Assembly: GCA_025603075.1 (NCBI GenBank)
Contig: MU626344.1
Span: 21,991 to 85,990 of the forward strand
Source of the DNA: Neoconidiobolus thromboides FSU 785
Lineage: Eukaryota > Fungi > Entomophthoromycota
Direction: 5' to 3'
DNA length: 64,000 bases
In this document: piece after piece, positions 13,353 to 28,670 of the stretch
How the letters are laid out: every line of letters starts with the position of its first letter
Position numbering within the stretch: position 1 is the stretch's first letter
The notes under the pieces: generated by a model
The model's database searches: none
Seen by the model: the letters and a program-made list of their open reading frames with translations, nothing else
Told to the model about the DNA's origin: nothing
Position numbers and translations under genes: made by a program

Positions 13353-13946
13353 AAATATTAGCTATAATTAAAATAAACAATGATAAAAATTCAAAAATAG
13401 TTTATTTAATATTAATATATTTTAATTGTGGTGCTTATATTAGATATGATTTATATCCACTAAGCTGATCCAGGATTTTTTCTTTATATTTGAATTATAA
13501 TTGGATTCTTATGCTTTATATCTTATACTCATAATTAGCTATCAATTTTTGCTTTTTTATAAGAGTATAAATAATAGAAGCTTTTGTATATAAAATTTAA
13601 GTATTGTGATTTTCATGACTTTTTTTAGTTTAAAGTTGGAGTATAAAATTTATTAATAACAACTAAAATATGATTAATACAAGCGAATAAGCGTAAAGAT
13701 GGATTAATAAAAAGGTTGGAACATACATATATTGATGTTTTTGTTGCCGTTGGTACTAAAAGTGTTTAACTTTCAATTAAAAAAAGGCGTTTTTATTTTT
13801 AGACGTGAAAATGATAGTCACTTTAAAAGACACATAGCATTTCAAATTTTTTCTTGACTTCTATCAAAATCACAAAAAGTATAATAGAAAAAATAATAAT
13901 CGATTTTAGTTTCATTCTAATTGTGAAGTTAATTATATATTTTTAT

Positions 13947-16900
13947 TTACTCGTAATACTGATTCTTAACTGAAAGTAATGCATCTTTAAGATTCTTCTC
14001 TCTCAATCCTTTAATTGTACACCAATCGATAAGCTCATTTAACTAAATTAAAGCAAATTAAAAAGATAAGTGTAAAAAGCAATAAACTTACTTCGCTTTC
14101 CGTAGAATAAAACCCCCAGTTAACCCCACCTTCAATTTTTTCGCGATATTTATTTAGATGTTTACCAGTTATTGAATTAAGGGTTTTGTTATTAAAAGTT
14201 CTTTCTACAACAATTTTGACTTTTTCATTTTCTTCTGTTTTTCCAAATAAATGATTGCTGATTAGATAATATTTATTAAAAAATCGATCTTCTCCAATCG
14301 GTAAATACCTTAATTTACTCTTCTTTTTTCTCATATTGTTATTAAGTGTTTCAATCTTAAAATATGTCAATTAAAAATAAGTATATCAGTTATATAATTT
14401 CTTACTCTTTTTTCTTCTTTGATAAAAGCTGATTTCAGCTTTGATAATTTATTTTCCTCTTTTTGGATATCTAATTTTATCTTTTGTGCTTCCTTCCTTT
14501 TGTTTGGAAAACTTTTTTTAGAATCATCATCTTTTGAGGAGGAATCGTTATCAGAATCGTACAAATTAGAGTAATTTTTTTCCTTATTCTTTATTATCAC
14601 TTCTAATGCTTTAATTTCTTCTTCATGCTGTTTCATGACTTTTTGAAGTTCTATCTTTTCTTTTCTATCACTACTTATTTCATCTATACAACCTTCATGA
14701 TATTCTCTAAAGGTTTGTCATTAGCGTTCTATTGTATTAACCATCAAAATCCTTTTACCTAAACTTTGTAGTTCCAATTGCACTTTCAATTAAAAATTTT
14801 ATTAACTGAACTTTATGCTTTAATCCTAGTCCGAAGACATACTCTTTAATTTTGGGCTCCATAATTTTTTTTCTACTTTGAATTAAAACTTCGTCCCCTA
14901 TTCCATCAGCTTCTATGCTAGTGAGTGATGACAATGAGGATGTATCTTCATTTTTATCTTTCTTACTTTTCTTATTTTTAATATCATGCTTTTCTTTGGC
15001 TTCAATTTCTTTCAAATGTTTTTTTTTAATTGCTACAATTTCATTGATATATTCTTTTCCAAATGGTAGTGTTTCTTTACAATATAGCTAATAGAGATTT
15101 AAAAAATCAACTTAGAATAATGAAAACACTTACTTCAAATATTGCTCCTGTTAAAACACAAGCCCATTCATTTGATGCAATTGGGGCTCTAGCATTACGC
15201 CAATCACCGATATCTTTTAAAGATAATTTATTATTAGGGTCTGTAACATCATTTATACCTTCTGGTATCCATAACTCAATTAGTTCATCGCTTTCAATTA
15301 ACATACATTCCAACAATTTACTAATTAATCTCTCATATGGAAATTTATTAGTAGTAGAATTAAAATATCTTGAAATCCCTCTCCCATTTCTTGGCTGAAC
15401 AATGTCGTCTTTGGTTACTTCACTTAATCTTTGCTCTATATCTATTAATGGTATTATTGGTATGTCTAATAAATTACTTTTACATTATTAGTTCGCTATC
15501 TAATTAATAAAACTATATCAATTTACTTGAAAGTTGAAATAAATGACCAAATTAAAAATATATCAGCAAAATCAATATCATTAGATATTTTGAAAGATGT
15601 GATCAAAGGACGAGGATGATTAATAAGTTTGTGATCAATGTCTAAGTCCTCGATAGGGTATCTAACATATACCAGCTTTTCTAAAAAATATAAGTACATT
15701 TTACATCATAATATTTAAATATAATTTAACTACCTTTTACTTCTTCATTTGTAGTTAAGTCGATGACAACTTTAATATCATCAATTTTAGTCTTATTATT
15801 AATAGCATTCATATTGTTAAGTAGTTGAGATTTCAATTCATTCTTTTCTTTTTCCTTCTTACAATTTTCAACTTGAGTGTTATAGCCTTCTATTATTTTA
15901 TTAATTGCTCGATTTTTTATTTTCCTATCTCCATTATCATTCAATATTATTTGATGCGTCAAAACATAGTTATAAGCTTCATTTATTTTTTCTTCAACAT
16001 TATACTTATTAATCAAGTTTTGAATCCCTTCACCATTTTCTATTTCTCTTTTTCCATTTTGATTTAGAATATTCTAAAAGAGTGAATGAATAAATAAACA
16101 TTTTTAAATGAATTTACCCTTTCTTCTTTCGCTGTATACGGTATTTCAATAACTATGTTGTTTTGAGTAGGAATTCCAAACTTTTCATATTTCTTAGTAT
16201 CATAATGTAATAAATTGAGAATATTTAATTTTTCTCTGTCATTTATAATTTAGGCTTACTTTTAGCAATTTATGACTGTTACTTTCTTTCGTCTTCTTTA
16301 GCCATTTTAAAACCAATAATTTTAGCCTCATCTTTTTAATATTCCCTAATTCACCATGATGGCTAAAAAATCAGCATAAATGATATTAGTATTGTGTAAA
16401 TTACATTATTCTATTTGATCCGACTTCAACTATTGAATTTTCGTTTCCTCCCATTATCCTTATTTTGTAATTAATAATTTCTTCATTTTTTTCCTTTTCT
16501 CCTGTTTTTTCGATAATGTAACCAGGAATAAAACTAAATTTAAAAAGTTAATTTAAAACAAGGATAATAAATAATAATTTTTTCTTACAATGTTTTATCT
16601 TTGGGACGAAAAAGTACCAATTCATTTTTAAAAAAAGTTTTGGCCAATTGTATGGCCACTTTTTCTTGAAGCTGACTTTTTTCTTTTGAATCTTTTATTT
16701 TTTCAATAAACATATGCTAATAGTAAAATTACAATAATGATTACCTAAATATGTTTTATTGTCAATAAGCTTTAAAATTTCCTGACGCAATTCTAAACCG
16801 AGCCTTCTAATAACAAGTTCCTCTACGTATTTCTCATTGAGTAAAGCTTCTTCATACTTAAGGTTATCTTTTCCAGTTAATTCACATTCCCAAATATTAG

Positions 16901-17120
16901 CACTATATAAATTCCATTTATAGCTATAATCTCTAATAGTTTTGTATTATATTAGAACCCAATATTATTATAAAAGTTGTTATTACCTGTAATTATCAAA
17001 TATTTCCCCTGTTAATTTATTAAAAAAGAAAGGAACATTTTTCAATTCTTGAATTTCTTTTTTACTTAAATTAACATATCTTGGCTGCCTTAAAAACTGA
17101 CGATTATTATACAAAGGCAT
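13947..17120 (-). CDS. ITC1: ISWI-associated WAC-DDT-WHIM protein (Itc1/ACF1-like), multi-exon
   Basis: Spliced N-terminus MPLYNNRQF...KLTGEIFDNY...NIWECELTGKDNLKYEEALLNE (WAC domain). YPIEDLD and DIFLIWSFISTF (DDT). KHKVQLIKFLIESAIGTTKFR (WHIM1). RYLPIGEDRFFNKYY and WGFYSTESE|LNELIDWCTIKGLREKNLKDAL (WSD/WHIM2-3). Stop at 13947-13949. Confidence 0.82.
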
Positions 17121-17526
17121 TTTACTTTTTTAAAAAGAAAGAAGTATTTGATTTAAAACTTTTCGATTTTAAAGGTAAGCTTTTTCCCATCCACCAATCA
17201 TTCCAAATTTAAAAGTGATTTCCTATTTTTAGTAAGTTTTTATTATATTACGCTTCAAGCCTATCATATACATATATTTCATTTCTTTATCGAATGGTAT
17301 ACTACACTTCAGAATAAAAAGTATAGTGGTTTATATTCACTACTTTGTTTACACTATCATTACAATAAAATTTAGAAAAATCAATATTATCTTTTAAACT
17401 TTTTATTCATTTTGATGCTAAAATACAACTAAATCTGGGCTATTAGTCAAAAACAATTGATTACATTCTATAAATAGTTGGACAATAATTTTTATTTAGT
17501 ATACCAGCTCTCTACTATAGTTCTAT

Positions 17527-18863
17527 TTAAAATTCTAAAGGATCTTTTTTCGATGGAGGGGGAGCCTTATTTGAAGTAATTCTTCTAGGACCAGCTTGAT
17601 CTTTATCGTTATCTTTAGGTTCTACTCTCCTTTCGGACACGCCACCTTCAATAGGGAGATGATAAGTTTCAATTAACAATTTTTTTCTCTTTAATTTAAA
17701 GCCCAAGTTATTTTCACTTTTTTGTTGAAATTTTAATCCAAGAGAAGTAAATGAATTTAATCTTGGGAACTTGTGGATAAAAAACAATCCTTGATATTCT
17801 TCATTACTTGCTTTTTTATTTTCTCTATCTATTTTTAATTATTTACTATTTATATCATATTTATATTATACATTATAATTACCTGCAAATGATTTAAATT
17901 CTAATGCTGTATCACAAATAGATTGAATTGCCAAAATTTGATCCTCTTCAAATAAATAAGGTGGAAAACTTAACATCATTACACTAAATGAATATCTCAA
18001 TAACCCTTTTACCATATAAATAAATCTATATATATCCTGTTTATAATATTAATATATATTGCTCGTATTAAACTAATTAAGTTACTTCAAATTTTGTAAT
18101 GCAGCCTAAAGGTGAGCCGATCAAATAAATTGCAATTCGAAGTATTCTGCGTGATGATAATGGTATTCCTTCAATCTTTGAGCTTTTGTTTCATTTGTTA
18201 TTATTTTTACAAATAAGAGAATATTAGTCATTACCTAAATTCATTTGAAATCAGCTCTTCAATCTTTGAAAATATAGCTGCGAAATCAATGTCGTCATTG
18301 GTTGCATCAATCAGGATTGGCACATTTTTTTCTATAGCTTCTTTATTTAAGTGAGTTGTTAAATCTAAAGTTGGACAATATTTTATGTCTTTATCTTGAT
18401 CTTCTATAAATTTGAATTTTTTAATTTGTTTTATTAATAGGTTAAATTTACTACCTTCTGATTTTTGTTTTAAGTTTGGTAAATCTTTGTATCTCCAAGC
18501 AATCGTTAAGTCCTCTTTAGCTTCTTTCTTAACCACTTTTTCTTTGACAATAGGCAGCTCATAGACACCAGGTAATTTATTAACAATAGCTTGGGGTTCA
18601 TGATCAAAAGAAATCAAACAGATTTTATGGTTTAAAATAATTCCAGAAGATAAAAAATAACTTAGAGCAATATTCGAATAATCTGTATATCTATCACTTA
18701 ATAATAATGTGATAGTGCCAATTGGTATACCACCACCTAAAAGAGAATCCAAACTATTCATACCATAACTCGTCAATAATAAGCTACTTTGATAACTGCT
18801 TAATTTTGTCCCACCAGGTAAACTTACTGTCACCTTGCTTGTTTTCTTTTTAAATGAACTCAT
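17527..18863 (-). CDS. ELP4: Elongator complex protein 4 (PAXNEB family), multi-exon
   Basis: MSSFKKK...TSYGMNSLDSLLGGGIPIGTITLL, DLTIAWRY, and C-terminal LIETYHLP. GT-AG introns link ORFs 18231-18926 and 17527-17787. ATG taken at 18863 because the ORF-track start is TTG. Confidence 0.85.
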
Positions 18864-19930
18864 CTTAATTGAAATTGGAATCTCATAGTGATGAAAATAA
18901 TGTTTAGTACTACTAAAATAAGCCAATTAAATTAGCTATAGCTTTTCCATGGAATTGCATATTTTTATAAATTTCATTTTTCCGATTGTCACAAATTTTT
19001 AAATTTATTTTCATAAAGATTTAAGCCTTCATTGTAATTATGATACGAATATTTCTATTATTGAAAAGAATTAAACCCGTTGTATCCTAAAATTTTGTTC
19101 CTTTACCTTGATTGTCTTTTTCTGTCTTTCATTTGTCAACTATTAACTGAAAAAAAGCTTTAAACCTTAAAATTAGAAGGCTTTATTAAAGTGAATTGAG
19201 GATCAAACAACTTGAAAATACAAGTCAAAATACATTTTTAGATGTTTCTATATGTCTTCTTTGTTGATAAATTCTATTTACATTTTTCCATTCAATAGCA
19301 CTTGAACAATAGACAAATGAATAATATCAAAAAATACACTCTCCTTTATCTTGATATTGTTTAGTTATTTAAATTATAACACGCTTTAAAGGAATACCAT
19401 TAATGTTTCAATATATAGCTTTAAGAATAAATAAAAGTTTCGAGTATTACGACTACTTATAGTATGATAAAAGAAGGATTTTTTGATAGTTGGTTAAAAA
19501 AAAGAAACTAAAAATTATTATGCCAAACCCAACTATTGGTAAAATTTCATTATCTTTTAAAATAATAACAGTTTTTGACATTTATTTATTTTAGTTAAAT
19601 AGTTTATTATTAGCGTTGTTTTGTAGCCATATATTAAATGTTTCTATTATATTTCATTTTGTTTAATAAAAGAGTTATAATATTAAATAATAATGCCATG
19701 ATAACTGAAGAAATCACATAACTGATGCTATCACCAATAACGACGTATGTTAAAACGGAATTTTTCTATTTAATATTTATAGAGAGTTCATATTACATTT
19801 TATGTTAATGTGTCTTTTATTATATTTATTGTAACTGTTTATAATTTAACGTCTTGCTCTCAATAAAAATAATTTATAAATGCCATTTATCATGGTTTGA
19901 GTAGTAAATAAAATTGACATTTTAATAAAT

Positions 19931-20026
19931 GGGAATGTATTTTTTCGTTTAAGAATTTTGCTAACAATCTTTCCACTTAAATAGCGCTTAAAAATGAAAA
20001 AAGTAATAAAGACAAAAAACATCCTC
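19931..20026 (+). mobile_element. MITE-like element, copy 5
   Basis: GGGAATGTATTTTTTCGTTTAAGAATTTTGCTAACAATCTTTCCACTTAAATAGCGCTTAAAAATG...AAAAAACATCCTC. Confidence 0.8.
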
Positions 20027-20203
20027 AAGTATAATTTAAAGAGTAATTTTAGATCTGATGGTATTTAAGTAATTAGTAGTAGTTTGTTGCAACTTTATCC
20101 CATTTAATATTAGGATCCTATCGAATAAGTTGTAGAAACTAAGCCTTGCATCTAATAGAAAAGGCCCAATAAATAGTAAAAAGGTAGTAAATGTATAGTC
20201 AAT

Positions 20204-21348
20204 TTACGCATCATTTTTAGTCAGCTTATAATCCTTAACAATAAATGTTTGGAGATTCGGAAAAAGAAATAAAAAGGAAAGTAAATATTTGTATAAAGTG
20301 CTAAAGGAACTAACTTTGATATGATTTATATATCTACATTGAAGTGAGTCAAGCTTATATTTTTGAATATTAGTATCGTTTGTAAAAGATTTACCAAATA
20401 TCTTCTTAATACTAAGCTTCAATTTTTTGCCTAAGTGAAATACTTTAATGCTAGGCGTTAAAGAAATTGAATCTGATAGCTTATCTATTAAATTAAAATA
20501 ATTTGTTTCCTTTACAGTCAATACTTTTAAAAATTCTTTATCAATAGGATCTTGTATTCCAAAATAATCTAAGAAAATGATACCAATGTCTTTAAGTAAG
20601 TCTAAATTGTAGTTCTTGTTATTTTCAAATAAATAGCTATGATAATTCCTCAATTTTGTACTTTTATATTTCTTTAAGTTACCAGAGCATTTAATATTAT
20701 CATCAAAAGGTCCATCGATTTCTAATTTTATATTGCGAATAAAATTTATATTGCAATTAATTTTTGTAAAGTCTTCATACCGAAATCCACTCAAATAGAC
20801 TGTTTTTAACTTAATAAAATTCGCTTTGATAACATCAAGATCATTAAGTTTTAAACCTCTACAGGCGATTTGGTTTAAGTGATTTCAATTTTTTTGAATC
20901 AAAAGTTTAATAATATCTTCAATCGCTATATCATGCATCTCATGTTCAAATACTTTTTGACTTGGTATAAATAAGTGCCAAATAGTTTAGATACTTGACT
21001 ATAATTAAAAGCGTTTATTTTCATTTGCTTCAATCCTGGTAACTTAATATTTACATAAAGATGACAATATTGACAATATTTATTAAAATTATGATCTTTG
21101 CGATTTCTGAAAAACATAGATCTGACATTTGAACAACAATTGAAAAGTTCAATAGCCCTATTAGTGTCGTATATATTCAAATGTCTCATCAATAATCCAT
21201 TTCCTTTGATGAGTTTTCTTGGTAACACTTGTATATTTCAGTTCTATCATTAGCTTGAGTTGTTTGGTTTCTTTTCTTACAAAGCAGTAATCAAGTAGCT
21301 CAAATGTTTCTTCTAGTAATATATTAGTTAATTAAACTTTAGTGGCAT
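20204..21348 (-). pseudogene. Disrupted F-box/LRR (RNI-like) family gene
   Basis: ATG at 21348 hits TAA at codon 7. Fragments ILLEETFELLDYCFVRKETKQL, ELFNCCSNVRSM, IKLPGLKQMKI and LFLFPNLQTF lie in different frames (ORFs 20926-21228 and 20204-20794) without convincing introns. The LxxL pattern resembles the gene at 43997. Confidence 0.5.
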
Positions 21349-21450
21349 TTTAAAGCAAAGTTGTTACTAAAGGACTAGTTCTCTAAAATTTTGAAATAAA
21401 GAGTAGTTTTATATTAATCATAATTACCTTATAGGAACTAAATTATATAT

Positions 21451-21547
21451 GGTGATGTATTTTATTGTTTAAGAATTTTACTAACAATCTTTGCACTCAA
21501 ATAGCGCTTAAAAAACGGAAAAGCAATAAAATCAAAAAAACATCACC
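21451..21547 (+). mobile_element. MITE-like element, copy 6
   Basis: TA-TGGTGATGT...ACATCACCA-TA. Both ends carry the matching G>T/C>A change. Core conserved. Confidence 0.8.
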
Positions 21548-22552
21548 ATATTGTCACATCTAGGTCTTGGACAATTCTCCTCTAAATGATAAATCAGGGT
21601 CTTACCAAACCTAACAAATAAACTATGAAAGGTTTTTGATGGTGCCAGTTTTGTAAATCAAATTATTAATTCTATAAATAGGATAGCTATATATTCTTAA
21701 TCAAATCCAACCTATAGTCGCATTATCATATGTCTTTATTCAAAATATTATTACAAAAATGGATAATGTTTTGTAAGAAACGTAAGTATTTTGTTTTACA
21801 CTTTAAAGAATCAATCGGTTATCATTTACATTTAAAAGTACGATTAAACTTTATAATCAGCAATAAATAAATATTATTGCAAAGGAGTGAGGAAATAAAT
21901 TAAAGTAAAAGAGAAGTAAATCCTTAACAATATTTGAAAAACATACATAGTGATGCATTTTTAGTTCTCTTTTATGTTTATTTACCTTGGGGAAGATAAA
22001 AATTGAAGAGCAGCAACAATATATATCTTATAAATGGAACTATTATATTTTAATCACAGTAGTATAAATTGAATAAATAATTACTTCTGTGGAACTAACA
22101 ATTTCTGTCTTTAATCCTCTCATTTTGTTTGACTAGGAGTTACTTTCTAGAACTTATTTTACTTTATGAAAAACAAGTTGTAACTTTGGCAGCTTTATTT
22201 ATTTTGATTAAGTATATTAGTAGATAGACTCTCTTTTTTAATTGCATTTTTCTTGTTTTGATCAATTACTTTTATCATAGAAAATATTACAATTTAAAGT
22301 AAAAACCCAAAGAAATAAAACGGTTACACATACTAATATGCATATTATACTTTTATAAAATACAAGCTATATTATAATTCACAATAAATCATTCCATTAA
22401 TAGGTTCAAAAAAATAAATTAATAAACCCTCAATGACTGAAAATTACTATACAAACTTAATTAAACAAACTCGTAATATGAAATTAGTTAATAGCTAATA
22501 AAATAATTATTTGATTTATAACAAAATTGTAGTTATTGAAATATTGAGAAAT

Positions 22553-23622
<1,070 letters not shown>

Positions 23623-23844
23623 TTTAATTAAAAGCTAAATTAAAAAAGTTAAAAATAAAAAGTTTAGTTTTATCCTGTGGCTTTTTTATGAGGTGAAAAC
23701 TAAAATTATGATCAAATCTAAGAATGCTCCAAATTACTTAATCAAGTCAGATTCCTCAGCTTGAATTGCAAAGTTTGAACTTTTGCTGGTTTGCATTATT
23801 GGTTGTTAAAGGTAAAAGAGAATTTCGAGTTTTCTTGTTACGAA

Positions 23845-24294
23845 ATGAGTGAAGGCCAAGCACAACAGGTAGACAACAAACTATATATATAGTAACAAAA
23901 CTAATCGACCTAGCTATTTCTTAGCATTCAAAATAAACTAATCGAAGATGAAAGAAATTTAAATGTCATTCATCAACAGATAGCTACAATTGAAAGAGAA
24001 GTCAAGAGCAATCAACTAATTTTAAGTCAGATTAAAGAGTTTGATAATGTAGAGCGTACCTTTAAATCAGTTGGAAAAATGTAATTAGAACTAAATCCTT
24101 AATTTTTTTACTTTATTAACCTTTTATTAAGGTTTGTATTCACCCCTGTACAGCAGATTGAGAAAGAAAATGTAGATACCACTGCAAAAAATCAAGAACT
24201 TTTACAAGCTTTAAAAAAGAAAGCCAAGTTTTTAGAAAACAAAGTCAATGATACTCGTTCTCACTTGAAAGATGTACTGCATTCAAGAGCTTAA
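23845..24294 (+). CDS. PFD1: Prefoldin subunit 1 (beta-type), 3 exons
   Basis: MSEGQAQQ|LFLSIQNKLIEDERNL...RTFKSVGKM|FVFTP...KKKAKFLENKVNDTRSHLKDVLHSRA*. Coiled coil / Y(F)xSVGKMF hairpin / coiled coil layout. Confidence 0.8.
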
Positions 24295-24361
24295 TTTTAA
24301 ATAAAAATACTTTTAATTTATATTCTATTTTATTTTATTTTTATCTATATGATTCTATGAC

Positions 24362-26320
24362 TTAAAGAGGTAGCGTAACAAGTGCCTTAAGCAACAGATT
24401 CTTCTCTGAGATTCTACATATAAGTGCAAATCTATGATTACGCGATTTAACATTAAGTAATTCCTTTCTATCCATTTCAATTGAAGTTATTGGAGAAAAC
24501 AAACTAAGTCGATGGTTTATCAATCTCCTTAACACGCTTCCAATTTTAACATAGATCTCATTCGCTTTCTTATGGTGGCTGGTTTTATGTTTTTTATTTT
24601 TTTGTTCTACACTCAATAGATCACTCCATTGTTCATACTTCTCACTCATAAATTCCTTTAATTCGTTTATTCCTTCTTCCTTATCAAATTTAGTCATAAG
24701 CTGTGCTATTTTTGCTTCAGGAAGATGTAAAACATAAAGTAGATTAAAGAAGTTAAAGCTTATTTGCCCTTCACTTAAAATTCGCAAATCCGCTAAATTA
24801 AGCATCTCTTCTTCTTCTTCTTCTTCTTCTTCTTCTTCTTCTTCGTCTACAATTTCACCTTCTATTTCACTTTCATCTATTTCTTGTTCATCTTCATTAT
24901 CACTTTCTTCGCCTTCGCCTCCATCGTCATGATCATTGCCTTCTTCCTCTTCTTCTTCACCCTCGATTTCATCTTCTCCTTCCTCTTCATAAAAAGCCTG
25001 AGCAAGTCTATTAAAAAATTCTACCTTGTTTAGTAGCTCACTATCATTTATTTCATCCTTACTCAAAAACTCCTCAATTACATATTTAGTATTAAATATA
25101 ATATCTTCATCCGGGTTATCCAAGTCTGCAAACCCATATCTTTCTAACAACTCCGAGTTATTAAGTATACCATAAGTATTGAATATTTCTTTATCTTTTT
25201 TACACTTTAACACTACTCTTAACTGTATCTGATTATCTTTATCATAATCTTTATCTAACTCGTAGCATTCTTCTTCATTAAGTTCACTTTTGATGCCACT
25301 GGGCTCAGTTTCTTCTTCATCAATTAATTCAACAACTGAATCTGTATCACTATTATTTGATTTGGAGCATTCTTCTCCTTCTATTTCCTCTTCGTCTAAT
25401 CCTTCTTCTTCAACTGAGTGAACACAATCTTCGATGGCTCCACATTCTTCACATACTGAGTCCGACTCTAAATGTATGTTTTCAGCTCTTGACTTATGAT
25501 TGAACCTAGCTAAAGTTAATAAATTAAGCAATATCATATACTGTTAGTCTTACAAATCAGCTAATGGAACCATAGCTTCACCATGGTATTCATCAACTGC
25601 GAAAGCTCTAGAGTTGACTAAAGTGATAGCATTAAGATACGAGCTTAGAGTAAAAAATGATTTGTCAAAAATAGCAGGGTATTTCTGAACTAGAGGGAGA
25701 ATGATTGTGTTGTAATTTTCAGTAAGCCCTGTCTAAAAACGATCAATGAAACTCAATATATATTATTATTTAAAGCTACTTACTTTATATTCATTTACAA
25801 TACTTCCAATCTGAGTACCATTTAACTTTACCAAGTCACTTTGCTCCCAAAGTGTAGGTACACTTTCAAACTTTTGCATTATATTGAAATAGTCATACCA
25901 TGGTGACCTTTCTTGAATACTTAATTCATACATAAGTGCAATAACCAAAGCAGTCTTGTCAAACATCTCTTCGTCTTCAAAGACATTGGCAATACCACAA
26001 GTTCTATGTGATAATATGGATTCTTTAGGTATCGTGCAAACTAAAAAATATTGTTATTTTTAGAATATTTTTAATAAAAGATTCTTACTTATCTCATCTT
26101 CGTCAATATCCTGTTTAGCAAGGACACCAAAGTCATGTCCTGAAGTAGGTGTTTGGTCATTTTTAATACCATTTCTACTATTATTCTTTAACTCTCTGGT
26201 ACAGTTAACTTTGATTTCTATTTTTTCTTCATCATACCAAATTCTATTAAGCTTCAACCATCTTTTAAACTTGATTAGTAATTGTTCTCCTTGACTATCT
26301 ATTCCATTTAATACTGCCAT
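24362..26320 (-). CDS. SET-domain protein-lysine methyltransferase (SETD6/Rkm4-like) with acidic insertion
   Basis: FKRWLKLN, DFGVLAKQDIDEDE, IPKESILS, ALMYE...SPWYDYF, NSRAFAVDEYHGEAMVPLADLFNH, EIFNTYG...NSELLERYGF. Long Glu-rich tract. Confidence 0.85.
24808..24844. repeat. (CTT)n / (GAA)n microsatellite encoding poly-Glu
   Basis: About 12 perfect CTT units inside the SET methyltransferase CDS. Confidence 0.9.
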
Positions 26321-26450
26321 TTTGATAATTAAAAAGCATTCTTTAAATTTTTAATAATTTCTATTTATTCTTTTCATTGGCCATAAAAGAATTTGACTAA
26401 ATCATGGAATTTTATTCCTTTAGATATTGCCCATCTTTCAACTCAAAAAA

Positions 26451-28670
26451 ATGGATTTGACCAAATATAATAGCAGTAGTGAAGGGGAAGAAACCACAGC
26501 ACTCCCTCTAGCTGATAAAGTAATCAAATATAAAGTACAAACAGCGCCAGAGGTTGAAATAGAGGTAAGAGGTCATTTTCATCAGTTTTTTCTTATGAGA
26601 TAACCTTATTTGTAGAAACAAGACATATATAAAAATTACATTAAAGAAGATAAAAATAGTGCAAAAAAAGTGGGTGGGTTAGCCACCAGATCAATCATGG
26701 AAATCAATATTCCTTATGAGCACATGCCAAAACAGGAAGATTTATCCAATCATCCAAGTGAAAAAGCGCAGCAATTATTAGCAAAACAGGGAGTTTATGG
26801 TAAATTTAATTGACCATTTTTGATGGCTTGGCTTTAATTTTCTACAGGTCACCTTGAGCCTCAATCTTATTCGGATTACCATTTCATGGCTCAAAATCAT
26901 AATTTCCTATCCAGAGGATTTGCAAAGGATCCCAGTATTAATACTTTAGATGATAAGGGAAACTTAGGACGTGGTATGGACGGCACTGGATATGTTGGAG
27001 ATGTAGAAAAATTCAATCATTATAATGGTATTAACTGAAATATTCAAATTAGAGACAAAGTTCATTAAAATAATTTATTAAAGGTATTGATGTTGGCCTT
27101 GAGATGCCTAAAAAGATACGCAAAGAAATTAAAAGTAAAAGAAAGTCTAAAGGAGATGTGGCGGTATTAGAAGGGGAAAATGCTTATCTTGGACCTTGGG
27201 CTGGGTACCAAGAAGATAAAACTGACGAGCCGCCAGAGGCTAGTTTAGAGGTAATGGATATAATATTGATTTTATAGAATACTCTATAACTTTTAATAGG
27301 ATTTAACTAAAGAAGCCCTTTCTGAAGAAGAAGAAGAAAAGAAAAAGAAAAAAGTTAGGGAATTGGCAGAGGGTATGGAATCAAGTATATTCCATGGTAA
27401 TAATTTTTTTTATTAAAGATAGAATTATAATGGTAACATAATTTTAAAGGTACTGAAGAGCGTGATTATCTTGGAAGAACATACATGCACATACCGCTTG
27501 ATTTAGATGTTGATTTACATGCTGAGCCTGGCTCAGTACAAAATTTCTTACCAAAGAAATTAATACATACTTGGGAAGGTCATGCTAAAGGAACATCCTG
27601 TGCTAGGTTGTTTCCAGGCTCAGGACATTTATTATTGTCTTGTGGTATGGATTCTAAAGTTAAAGTAGGTCTAATTTTAAACAACATTTTAAATAGTTAA
27701 TAATTTATATTTAGTTATGGGATGTTTATCATGAACGTGAATTGTTGCGATCATATATTGGGCACAATAAAACGATACGTGAAGTTAATTTTAGTAGTGA
27801 TGGTTCAAGGTTTATTTCATGCTCCTATGATCGATTTATTAAGATTTGGGATACTGAAACTGGTAAAATCATTTAGTAAAGTGTTTTTATACATTTATTC
27901 ATCTATTGTTAGGCCAATGTATACGTACTATTACCACCGGAAAGATCCCATATACAGCTAAATTTATGCCAGACCCAAATCGACAAAATATAATCATGGC
28001 TGGGTTTTCAGATAAAAAAATCATACAGGTAAACAAAATTACTATTTGTTATTATATTGTATTATTTACTCACTTTTCTAGTTCGACATAAATAGCGGCA
28101 ACATCAAACAGGAATACGACCAGCATTTAGGAGCCATTAACAGCATTACCTTTGTAGATGATAATAAAAGATTCATGTCTACCTCAGACGATAAAACTTT
28201 ACGTGTATGGGAAAATGATATACCCGTAGTGATCAAATATGTAGCTGAACCTCATATGCACTCAATGCCAAGTGTAAGTTTGCATCCAAGCAAAAAATAT
28301 GTGGCCTGTCAATCTTTAGACAATCAAATATTGATTTATGGAGCTAAAGGTAGATTCTCTCAAAACAATAAAAAACGCTTTACAGGCCACGTTGTGGCTG
28401 GGTATGCATGTCAACCTAACTTTTCTCCTGATGGGAGATTTTTAATTTCAGGGGATGCTGATGGCTCCCTTTGGTTTTGGGATTGGAAGACTACAAAGGT
28501 TTTAAAGTAAGTTTAGTATTGTATTACGCTATTTATTTTGATTCATTAATTTTATTTGAAGAAAAATGAAATGTCATAAATCGGTACTTATTGGTTGTGA
28601 ATGGCACCCACATGAAACCTCAAAGGTCGTTACTTGGTCCTGGGATGGGTCCATTAAATACTGGGATTAA
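26451..28670 (+). CDS. CDC40: Pre-mRNA-processing factor 17 (WD40), multi-exon
   Basis: [14 protein letters not shown]-like ESSIFHG|[107 protein letters not shown]. Confidence 0.93.

Noticed and set aside
7628-20028. Short ORFs 7628-7825, 8864-9049 and 19846-20028 that resemble each other (e.g. YLSGKIVSKILK)
   Set aside because: The similarity comes from reading through the non-coding ~98-bp element. Frames and starts are not conserved among copies.
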